Positions 38,133 to 45,912 of a DNA stretch of 47,893 nucleotides are shown here, piece after piece. Every line of letters begins with the position of its first letter. The first letter of the stretch is position 1. The position numbers and the translations under genes were made by a program. The notes below the pieces were generated by a model. The model did no database searches, was not told the DNA's origin, and was given only the letters and a program-made list of their open reading frames with translations. The stretch lies in the NCBI GenBank assembly GCA_050253335.1, contig JBFWJG010000013.1, positions 1 to 47,893 on the forward strand, read 5' to 3'. Origin of the DNA: Deferribacterales bacterium. Its GTDB lineage: Bacteria > Chrysiogenota > Deferribacteres > Deferribacterales > Geovibrionaceae.

Positions 38133-39926
38133 ATGAACGAAAAAGAAACAACAGGCTTCGAGCACTTCGGACTCAGCGCTGAGGTGATGCAGGGCATCAT
38201 CGAATGCGGATTCAAATTACCCAGCCCCATCCAGCAGCAGGCTATCCCCCTTCTTCTTGAAGGAAAAGACATGATAGGCCAGGCACACACCGGAACAGGC
38301 AAAACTGCGGCTTTCGGCCTTCCCTCAATCAGCCGTCTGAAAAAGACAGGCGAGGTCGAGATGCTTGTCATCACACCCACAAGGGAACTTGCAATGCAGG
38401 TGAGTGATGAACTCTACAGATACGGCAAATACGCAGACATCAACACAACAACAGTTTACGGCGGACAGTCATATTCACGCCAGTATGAGCGCCTCAGAAG
38501 GGGAACCCCCATTGTGGTCGCAACCCCCGGAAGGCTTCTGGACATACTTTCATCCGGCAAAGTGAAAAGCTTCGCTCCTTCGATAGTTGTTCTGGATGAA
38601 GCGGACGAGATGCTGGACATGGGTTTCCTTGAGGATATCCAGAAAATTTTCACATTTCTTCCCGAAGACAGGCAGACACTCCTTTTCTCAGCCACTATGC
38701 CCGATTCAATAAGGAAGCTCGCAGCGAGCATACTTAAAGATCCCGTGCATATCAGCGTTATGAACAAGGAAAAAACAGTAAAAGACATAGACCAGAGATA
38801 CTATGTAATAGAAGAGCAGGAAAGGGATGACGCAATCATCCGTCTTATAGACAGCTTCGAGCCCACACGCTCTATCATCTTCTGCCGCACCAAAAAAGAG
38901 GTGGAGCGCATCTGCACCACACTTATAGGCAGGGGATATTCCGCAAAAGGCCTTCACGGAGATATGGAGCAGCACCAGAGGGAAGAGGTTATGACCTCAT
39001 TTCGCGACGGACGCATCTATACCCTCGTGGCGACTGACGTTGCGGCCAGAGGGCTTGATGTTAAGGACGTGACGCACGTCTTCAACTATCACATGCCTTT
39101 CGACTCCGAAAGCTACATTCACCGCATAGGCAGAACAGGCAGAGCCGGAAGCAAAGGTATCGCCGTTACCCTCGTTACTCCTCAGGAGCTCAGAGGGCTT
39201 AACCGCATCCAGCGCAGCATCGGCGATGTTATGACACAGAAATTCGTTCCCACGCTTCAGGAAGTAAGGGATGAGAACATAGCTAAGCTTGTGGATAAAG
39301 TTGCCGCAAGCGAAATAGACAAAAAAGCAGCGGAAGTGCTTGAAATGCTCACCGCGGAGCACAGCGAAGTGAATATATCACTCAAGCTTGTGTCAATGCT
39401 TCTTGATCAGGAAAGCTTCGCAGGGCCTGACCATATCGGCCTCAGCAAGAAAAGAATCGAAAGAGTTTTCGAGGACGAAAAACGCGAACGCTCCGACAGA
39501 TCAAAAGGCAGAGGCGGAAACAGACGCTCAGCGGGCGGCCGTGACCGCTACAGCCGTGACAGAAGCGAACGCAGCGGCGATTCCAGAGGCAGCGGCTACA
39601 GCAAAGAACGCTCATCCTCAGACCGCTTCAGCAAGGACAGAAGCGAACGTCCCTCAGGCGACAGATTCAGCAAAGACAGAAGCGAACGTCCGTCTGGTGA
39701 CAGATTCAATAAAGACAGAAGCGACCGCCCCGCAGGCGACCGTTTCAGCCGTGACAGAAAAGAAGGCGAACGCAGCGGAGACCGTTTCAGGGATAAACCC
39801 CGCTCCGCAGACGGCGGCCAGCCCCGTCAGGGCGGCTGGAGCAAGTTCGACAGAGAACCCCGCCCCGAAAGGGAAAAAAGCGGCGATTCCTTCTGGAAGA
39901 AGCGCGGAGATAAAAAAGACTACTAA
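38133..39926 (+). CDS. DEAD-box RNA helicase (DeaD/CshA-like) with repetitive R/S/D tail
   Basis: AHTGTGKT, PTRELA, TPGR, DEAD, SAT, ARGLD, HRIGRTGR. Confidence 0.95.
   Translation: MNEKETTGFEHFGLSAEVMQGIIECGFKLPSPIQQQAIPLLLEGKDMIGQAHTGTGKTAAFGLPSISRLKKTGEVEMLVITPTRELAMQVSDELYRYGKYADINTTTVYGGQSYSRQYERLRRGTPIVVATPGRLLDILSSGKVKSFAPSIVVLDEADEMLDMGFLEDIQKIFTFLPEDRQTLLFSATMPDSIRKLAASILKDPVHISVMNKEKTVKDIDQRYYVIEEQERDDAIIRLIDSFEPTRSIIFCRTKKEVERICTTLIGRGYSAKGLHGDMEQHQREEVMTSFRDGRIYTLVATDVAARGLDVKDVTHVFNYHMPFDSESYIHRIGRTGRAGSKGIAVTLVTPQELRGLNRIQRSIGDVMTQKFVPTLQEVRDENIAKLVDKVAASEIDKKAAEVLEMLTAEHSEVNISLKLVSMLLDQESFAGPDHIGLSKKRIERVFEDEKRERSDRSKGRGGNRRSAGGRDRYSRDRSERSGDSRGSGYSKERSSSDRFSKDRSERPSGDRFSKDRSERPSGDRFNKDRSDRPAGDRFSRDRKEGERSGDRFRDKPRSADGGQPRQGGWSKFDREPRPEREKSGDSFWKKRGDKKDY
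39621..39758 (+). repeat. 39-bp coding tandem repeat (3.5 copies; DRFSKDRSERPSG)
   Basis: Units start at 39621, 39660, 39699 and 39738. Confidence 0.9.
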
Positions 39927-39933
39927 AACATAC

Positions 39934-39958
39934 AACCTCCCTTCGGGGAGGTTTTTTT
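39934..39958 (+). terminator. Rho-independent terminator after the helicase
   Basis: AACCTCCC-TTCG-GGGAGGTT followed by a T-run. Confidence 0.88.
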
Positions 39959-40008
39959 ATGCCCTCAAAGGGTTTCCCGTGTTAAACTCTTACCATACGG
40001 AGGTGCTT

Positions 40009-41232
40009 ATGGGCATTCACGGAGGATTCACGGAAGAAAGAACCCGGGCTTTGTTCTCCCTTTTTTCAGGCTTCATTGAAGGCAGGGACGGCAAAGAGCT
40101 TTTTGATGCATATAAACCCAAGCTGGACGGTCTGACCCCTCTGGAAGTTCTGGTCATGGGCGAACGCCTTCTCGGTGCAGGCTACTCTGTGGAAAGCATT
40201 AAGAAGCAGGTGGAAAAGGTTTTTAATATAATCATACCCGCTCTCAAAGAATATGACTGGGAGGAGCCGGACGAACACAGCGCGGTTTACTGGCTCATGG
40301 AGGAAAACCGCGCCCTTGCTGCCCATATGGACGGCATGAAGGGAAAAATCCGTGAGTTGAGCGAGCTGGAGGCATCCTCCGTAGCTTATTCAACCGTTTA
40401 TTCAGCATTAAAGAGAGATTTCCGGAAGCTGGCGGAGTTTGAGCCGCATTACCTGAAAACAGAGAACATCCTTTTCCCTTTTCTTGAGAAACATCAATAT
40501 TTCGAACAGCCGCTCAAAGTCATTTGGTCGCTGGATGACGACATCCGCGCAGTGATAAAGGAGATAAACACAGCCCTTGACTCGGCAGACAGTCTGGGCA
40601 TGAACGAGCACATAATCATCGGCAGGCTTTTCATGCTGATGATGCGCATGACATATAAGGAGAATCTGGTTATTCTGCCTGCCGCCGCCGAGTGTCTGGA
40701 AGGAGAGGAAGATTCACGAATGCTCAGAATGTTCCGTGAAATCGGCTTCGCGTTTGTTGAGCCCCCCGCAGATGCTGAACAGGCAGATGAGAAGGCTTTT
40801 TTCGGCGGTGGGCTGATAAGCATGGGCGGAACGGGAGCCCTCACAGCGGAACAGCTTGTAAGCATGATGAACAGCCTGCCTGTGGACATAACATTTGTGG
40901 ATGAGAATGACGAGGTAAGGTATTTTTCAGCGCCGAAGGAGCGTTTTTTCACACGCAGTCCGGCCATTATAGGCAGAAAAGTTCAGAACTGCCACCCGCC
41001 GGACAGTATAGACACCGTGAACCGCATTGTTGAATCTTTCAGGAACGGGAGCAGATCCGAGGCAAAATTCTGGATAAGCCTCCGCGGGAAACTGCTTCTT
41101 ATATGCTATTACGCCGTGCGGAATCCGGACGGCCGTTATATGGGAACAGTCGAGGTTACACAGGATGTGACGGAGATAAAAGAGCTTAAAGGAGAGAGGC
41201 GCCTGCTTGAATGGGATGAAAACCGGTCTTAG
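40009..41232 (+). CDS. DUF438/hemerythrin-like plus C-terminal PAS domain protein
   Basis: Start re-set to ATG 40009 (GGAGGTG RBS, after the terminator). HYLKTENILFPFLE and LPVDITFVDENDEVRYFS...IIGRKVQNCHPP. Confidence 0.85.
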   Translation: MGIHGGFTEERTRALFSLFSGFIEGRDGKELFDAYKPKLDGLTPLEVLVMGERLLGAGYSVESIKKQVEKVFNIIIPALKEYDWEEPDEHSAVYWLMEENRALAAHMDGMKGKIRELSELEASSVAYSTVYSALKRDFRKLAEFEPHYLKTENILFPFLEKHQYFEQPLKVIWSLDDDIRAVIKEINTALDSADSLGMNEHIIIGRLFMLMMRMTYKENLVILPAAAECLEGEEDSRMLRMFREIGFAFVEPPADAEQADEKAFFGGGLISMGGTGALTAEQLVSMMNSLPVDITFVDENDEVRYFSAPKERFFTRSPAIIGRKVQNCHPPDSIDTVNRIVESFRNGSRSEAKFWISLRGKLLLICYYAVRNPDGRYMGTVEVTQDVTEIKELKGERRLLEWDENRS

Positions 41233-41353
41233 GTTCAGGTCTCGGGGAATGATTTGACAACTATTTATGAAAAATACCTTGAAAATCTGCATCCGATATT
41301 GCAGATTAGGTTCTTTGTCTGACAAAATATTGCGGTGAACCAGAGGTATATTC

Positions 41354-41725
41354 ATGCAGTTTAAATTTTTACATAATAATATCAACGTTTTCGATCTCGG
41401 CAGAAGCCTTGAGTTTTATAAAAAAGCCCTGAACCTTACTGAAGTCCGCAGATACAGTCAGGAGGACGGGGATTTCATACTTGTTTACCTCGGCGACGGC
41501 GTTACCCCGCACCAGCTTGAACTCACATGGCTGAGGGACAGGGAAGAGCCCTATGACCTTGGTGAAAACGAGATACACATAGCTTTCGGTGTGGATGATT
41601 TTGAAGCCGCCCACAGACTTCACTCCGAGATGGGCTGCATCTGCTTCGAAAACAAAGCCATGGGCATCTACTTCATAGAAGATCCTGACGGCTACTGGGT
41701 AGAAATTATCCCTAACAATAAGTAG
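41354..41725 (+). CDS. gloA: Lactoylglutathione lyase (glyoxalase I)
   Basis: HNNINV, LELTW, HIAF, FIEDPDGYWVEI. Confidence 0.85.
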   Translation: MQFKFLHNNINVFDLGRSLEFYKKALNLTEVRRYSQEDGDFILVYLGDGVTPHQLELTWLRDREEPYDLGENEIHIAFGVDDFEAAHRLHSEMGCICFENKAMGIYFIEDPDGYWVEIIPNNK

Positions 41726-41729
41726 TTGT

Positions 41730-41910
41730 CAGTTCCATGGATGGAACTGCGCCGTGCGAAGCGAAGCCGTGTTTACCGCGGCGCGAGCGTGTGCGGAAAA
41801 AACACAGGATGCAGTTTTTGGAGCGGCAAGACAGACACTGCGCCGTGCGAAGCGAAGCCGTGTTTACCACGGCGCGAGCGTGTGCGGAAATTTCCATGGA
41901 CGGCAAATTT
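41730..41910. repeat. REP/MITE-like palindromic module with internal 54-bp duplication
   Basis: 54-bp unit at 41746-41799 and 41837-41890 (1 mismatch); left hairpin CAGTTCCAT-GG-ATGGAACTG; TTCCATGGA at both ends. Confidence 0.85.
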
Positions 41911-42202
41911 TTGCTCTAAAGTCAGAAGATCCTGACGGCTACCGGGTAGAAATTATCCCTAACAGCAAATAAATGTAAGCATCCGCCGCTTCCCCCTTTG
42001 CAAAGGGGGACTGAGGGGGATTTTCAGGATATATCGGCTTTATGCCTTTTTGCTCTAAAGTCAGAAGATCCTGACGGTTACCGGGTAGAAATTATCCCTA
42101 ACAGCAAATAAATATAAGCATCCGCCGCTTCCCCCTTTGCAAAGGGGGACTGAGGGGGATTTTCAGGATATGTCAGCTTTATGCCTTTTTGCTGTAAAGT
42201 CA
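41908..42202. repeat. 139-bp tandem repeat (2 copies plus 17 bp) containing a copy of the gloA 3' end
   Basis: Units start at 41908, 42047 and 42186. Each full unit holds AGAAGATCCTGACGG...CCTAACA and the palindrome CCCCCTTTGCAAAGGGGG. Confidence 0.92.
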
Positions 42203-42850
42203 AACCAGTGCCTTGTCCCTGCTTTTTATATAGCAGATCAGATCTTCAATAGTCACAACAGGGTATGAATGAGCCTTTCCGAATGACAGAACTTCGGGTG
42301 TTCTTGCCATTGTTCCGTCCGGATTGGTGAGTTCGCAGAGAACGCCGAAAGGCTTCAGTCCGGCAAGGTGCATGAAGTCCACAGTGGCTTCCGTGTGCCC
42401 TTTTCTTTCCAGAACTCCGCCTTTTTTCGCTTTCAGGGGGAACACATGCCCCGGCCTGCTCAGTTCGGAAGGCTTAGCGCCGTCTTTTATTGCGGTTTTG
42501 ATTGTGGTTACCCTGTCCGCCGCTGAAACACCTGTGGTCACGCCTTCTGCCGCTTCTATGCTCACGGTGAAGCCTGTTCCGTAGCTGCTGGTGTTGTTCT
42601 GCACCATCATGGGCAGTTCAAGCTCGGCGGTTTTCTCCTCTGTGAGGCAAAGGCAGACTATACCGCTGCATTCCCTTATGAGCACAGCCATCTGCTCAGG
42701 CGTGATTGTTTCTGCGGGGAAAATAAGATCCCCTTCGTTTTCTCTGTCCTCATCATCAAGAACAAGGATTCCTCCGCCGTTTCTGAGGGATTCAAGGGCG
42801 TCCTCCACCCTTTCAAAAGATGTTTTCGGCAGTATGCATTTCTGATTCAC
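42200..42850 (-). CDS. ribB: 3,4-dihydroxy-2-butanone-4-phosphate synthase
   Basis: [42 protein letters not shown] riboswitch upstream. Confidence 0.96.
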   Translation of the reverse strand: MNQKCILPKTSFERVEDALESLRNGGGILVLDDEDRENEGDLIFPAETITPEQMAVLIRECSGIVCLCLTEEKTAELELPMMVQNNTSSYGTGFTVSIEAAEGVTTGVSAADRVTTIKTAIKDGAKPSELSRPGHVFPLKAKKGGVLERKGHTEATVDFMHLAGLKPFGVLCELTNPDGTMARTPEVLSFGKAHSYPVVTIEDLICYIKSRDKALV

Positions 42851-42929
42851 GTTTAAACCTCTTCATTTTCGTAAATCAGGGCAAGATTAAAGGGGAAAAT
42901 TAAGGCATGGTTTGTCGGGCATGCGTTTA

Positions 42930-43068
42930 ATCCTCTTTCGTCCGGACTGTACCGTCGGCTTCGGATTCTCACCGAATCTGCTGACCTCTGCCTGTTTCGC
43001 AAAGCGCTCGCGGGCTTGCCCGTGGGGGCTTACCGCCGGTGGGGAGTTTCACCCCGCCCTGAGAATAT
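42930..43068 (-). ncRNA. FMN riboswitch (RFN element)
   Basis: Minus strand CTCAGGGCGGGGTGAAACTCCCCACCGGCGGT...AGCCCGCGAGCG...GTCAGCAGATTCGGTGAGAATCCGAAGCCGACGGTACAGTCCGGACGAAAGAG, directly upstream of ribB. Confidence 0.96.
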
Positions 43069-43371
43069 GCTGTTATTATAATCTTTTATGCTCCCGTGTC
43101 AAGATTGAGGCTTCAGGCTTGGTTCCACTGTTGAAATAAAGTAAATCAAAATTGACAAACCCCCGAAAGCTTTATTCAGAAGAGGATGCAGGTAATCCGT
43201 GCAGTTTGTCATAAAAAGTTGACACGACGCTAACCCCTTTTGGATAAGCTGTTTTTATCAAATGTCCGTATCCTGTCAACTAATATTGACATTGCCGTAT
43301 TGTGTAACATTTTGTAACATACTGGTAGTCAATGTGTTTATTTTTGGCACATCTGTTGCTTAAAGTAGTAT

Positions 43372-43773
43372 ATGGAAAACACTGACAAACTCGAAATACT
43401 TTTTGCCGAAGACGAAGAAGAACTCAGAAGAGGGGTATGCCTTTACTTCAGGAAGTTCGGATATAAAGTCACGGAGGCGGCCAACGGGCTGTCATGTATT
43501 CAGAAAATTAAAGACAGGGAAAACAGCGGGAAGGACTTTGACCTAATTCTCCTTGATGTGATGATGCCGGAAATGACAGGACTCGAGGTTCTGGATTATC
43601 TCCACAGAAGCGGACGGCGCATCCCGGTTCTCCTCATAACAGGCTATCTGGATGTCAGGCCTGAGGAGGAGTACGTAAAGGAAATGGTCATCGGTCTTCT
43701 GCACAAGCCCTTCAGTCCATCTGAGCTTATTGAGAGCACTCACACAATTCTGCAGAGGAGCAAAACAGAATGA
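43372..43773 (+). CDS. Single-domain response regulator (receiver)
   Basis: ILFAEDE, LLDVMMPEMTG, ITGY, KPF. Confidence 0.92.
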   Translation: MENTDKLEILFAEDEEELRRGVCLYFRKFGYKVTEAANGLSCIQKIKDRENSGKDFDLILLDVMMPEMTGLEVLDYLHRSGRRIPVLLITGYLDVRPEEEYVKEMVIGLLHKPFSPSELIESTHTILQRSKTE

Positions 43774-43970
43774 ACTCAGTAATTTTTGGTATGGGCGTGA
43801 CTTTAACGGCAGTTTCGGGAACTTTTATGACTATTTTTGAATTTTTTCACATAAGCGCTGTGTCCGCCGTGCATATGGGGATTTTCCTCATTTTATCCTT
43901 CAGCGGGATATATGCGGCGGCAAAGAAAGCGAAAAAGGCGAAAAGGATTTTTTATGCGGGAACTGACTGA
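43770..43970 (+). CDS. Small two-TM membrane protein
   Basis: 66 aa; ATGA overlap with the upstream gene; two hydrophobic helices and a basic tail overlapping the MCP start. Confidence 0.55.
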   Translation: MNSVIFGMGVTLTAVSGTFMTIFEFFHISAVSAVHMGIFLILSFSGIYAAAKKAKKAKRIFYAGTD

Positions 43971-45183
43971 CAAAACAGGTATCTATCTGTCACTTTGCGC
44001 CGGTGCGGCGGCATCGGCTGCTGTTTTCTTCACAGGCGGGATTGTGCCGTTTTTCATAACGCTTCTTCTCGGCGCCATTTCAGTGTTTTCGGTGTACTTC
44101 TCCGCGGCTAAAACCGCCGGGAAGTGCGGAATCCGCGCCGGAGAGGAGAAGCAGGCGGAGATGGACAAGCTTCAGGAGTTTATGAAGTGCACAAAAAAAC
44201 TTCTTGATGACCGCGCGGAGCTTATGCCCATGTTTTCTATTCAGCTTCAGAAAGTTATAAGAGATTCCGAGGAATCCGCGAATGAAATAAGCGGAAACTT
44301 CATGAGTATTGTAGAGCAGGTTGAGGCGCAGGGAGATCTTGCGGGTTCCGCCATTTCAAACCTGATGGATAACGACAGAGGCGGACAGTCCATGATGGAG
44401 AAAAACAGAAAGGTTCTCCTTGAAGTCATAGAAACCCTGAAGGAAACGGGAGCGTTCTCCGCCCTTGTCAGCTCCCGTCTGGATCAGATTATGGAAGGGG
44501 CAAACAAGGTTAACGCCACTGTCTCTCAGGTGGAATACATTGCGGATCAGACAAATCTTCTGGCGCTGAACGCCGCCATAGAAGCCGCCAGAGCAGGTGA
44601 ACACGGCAGAGGCTTCGCAGTTGTGGCGGATGAGATAAGAAAGCTCTCCGAACAGTCAAACCGGTTTGCCATGGAGATAAGAAACTCTGTCAAATCCATC
44701 ACAAAAGATATTGAAGGCATTCACAGGGAATCATCTGTCAATGCAGAGAAAATGAACGAGCTTGCGGCCACTTCCGAGCATGATGTGGATGAGGCGCTGA
44801 GCCTTCTTGACAGCGGCATAAGCTCCGCCAAGGAAACCATCGGCCACCTTCAGGAAGAAACAGTCAAAACTGCCGAACGTATCAGAGGAATCGTAATATC
44901 CCTTCAGTATCAGGATATAAACAGACAGAGGATCGAACATGTCATAGAGCCGATTGACATAGTCGGCAAGGATCTCATAAACCTTTCCGCCGCCATGAAT
45001 GACGTGGGCGGAAACCTCTGTACTCTGCGCCTCAGCGATCTCAGCACTCATATGAAAACCATGTACACAATGGAAAGCGAAAGAGAAATATTTGAAAAAC
45101 ACATAAAGGGTTTCGGCAGCAGCGCCGCCAGTGCCAAAAAGGGCAGACCCGCCGCAGAAGCGGACAATGTAGAGTTATTTTAG
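43954..45183 (+). CDS. Methyl-accepting chemotaxis protein with CheZ-like C-terminal motif
   Basis: [45 protein letters not shown]; ends in DNVELF. Start re-set to ATG 43954. Confidence 0.9.
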   Translation: MRELTDKTGIYLSLCAGAAASAAVFFTGGIVPFFITLLLGAISVFSVYFSAAKTAGKCGIRAGEEKQAEMDKLQEFMKCTKKLLDDRAELMPMFSIQLQKVIRDSEESANEISGNFMSIVEQVEAQGDLAGSAISNLMDNDRGGQSMMEKNRKVLLEVIETLKETGAFSALVSSRLDQIMEGANKVNATVSQVEYIADQTNLLALNAAIEAARAGEHGRGFAVVADEIRKLSEQSNRFAMEIRNSVKSITKDIEGIHRESSVNAEKMNELAATSEHDVDEALSLLDSGISSAKETIGHLQEETVKTAERIRGIVISLQYQDINRQRIEHVIEPIDIVGKDLINLSAAMNDVGGNLCTLRLSDLSTHMKTMYTMESEREIFEKHIKGFGSSAASAKKGRPAAEADNVELF

Positions 45184-45192
45184 GAGTATGAA

Positions 45193-45543
45193 ATGTTAGA
45201 CATCAGAGAGGAAAAGACCGGTTCAGATTGCCTTCTTTCCTTATCAGGCGATCTTACCGTGGGCAACATCGGTCAGGTGCGTGAAAAGCTTATGGAACTT
45301 TATTCCACAGAGAACAGCGTGAAAGTGAACATAGCCGGAGAATCCAGCATAGACTTCACTTTTTTTCAGCTTATGTGCTCGGCGCACCGTACTTTTTCAT
45401 CTGTGGGCAAGAATATATCATTTGATAAAACCGAAAAATGCCCGCTTGAACTCAAGAAGTTAAGCCTCGGTTTTTCAAGACGCATGGGCTGCAGTCAGGA
45501 TATATGCGGAAACTGCCTCTGGGCGGTTAAGGAGAATGTTTGA
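45193..45543 (+). CDS. STAS-domain protein of the chemotaxis operon
   Basis: LSGDLTV...IDFTFFQLMCSAHRT. Confidence 0.82.
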   Translation: MLDIREEKTGSDCLLSLSGDLTVGNIGQVREKLMELYSTENSVKVNIAGESSIDFTFFQLMCSAHRTFSSVGKNISFDKTEKCPLELKKLSLGFSRRMGCSQDICGNCLWAVKENV

Positions 45544-45908
45544 TGGGAAAAGTGATTCTTAGCGTGGATGACTCCGCGAGCATACGCCAGATGGTTAAGT
45601 TCACCCTCACCAAAGAAGGGTACGAGGTTATAGAAGCCTCCGACGGAACAGATGCCCTCTCCAAAACAGCGGGAAAAAAGATTGATATGGTCGTAACCGA
45701 CCTTAACATGCCCAACATGGACGGCATAACCCTCATTAAAGAGCTGAGGAAACAGGCGGCATTCAAGTTTATACCCATAATAATGCTGACCACCGAGTCT
45801 CAGGATTCCAAAAAGCAGGAAGGAAAAGCGGCAGGCGCAACGGGCTGGATAGTGAAGCCCTTTAAGCCCGAGCAGCTTCTCGGAGTAGTAAAAAAAGTGT
45901 TAGGATAG
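45543..45908 (+). CDS. cheY: Chemotaxis response regulator CheY
   Basis: VDDSASIR, TDLNMPNMDG, MLTTES, GATGWIVKPF; directly upstream of cheA. Confidence 0.92.
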   Translation: MGKVILSVDDSASIRQMVKFTLTKEGYEVIEASDGTDALSKTAGKKIDMVVTDLNMPNMDGITLIKELRKQAAFKFIPIIMLTTESQDSKKQEGKAAGATGWIVKPFKPEQLLGVVKKVLG

Positions 45909-45912
45909 GCCT

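Noticed and set aside
39388..40008. 207-aa Ala/Thr-rich N-terminal extension of the PAS protein overlapping the helicase tail
   Set aside because: It is an alternative frame of the repetitive helicase tail, crosses a strong terminator, and a good RBS and ATG exist at 40009.
41712..41972. Four short overlapping ORFs after gloA
   Set aside because: They are translations of the repeat module, with no RBS or recognisable domain.
41677..42202. Possible CRISPR array
   Set aside because: The repeat is the 49-bp gloA end, spacers are 90-200 bp with two nearly identical, and no cas genes are present.
43145..43215. Possible c-di-GMP-I riboswitch upstream of the chemotaxis genes (ACAAAC...GAAA)
   Set aside because: It lacks a paired GNRA-capped P2 and the following GACGCAAAG/tetraloop-receptor elements.
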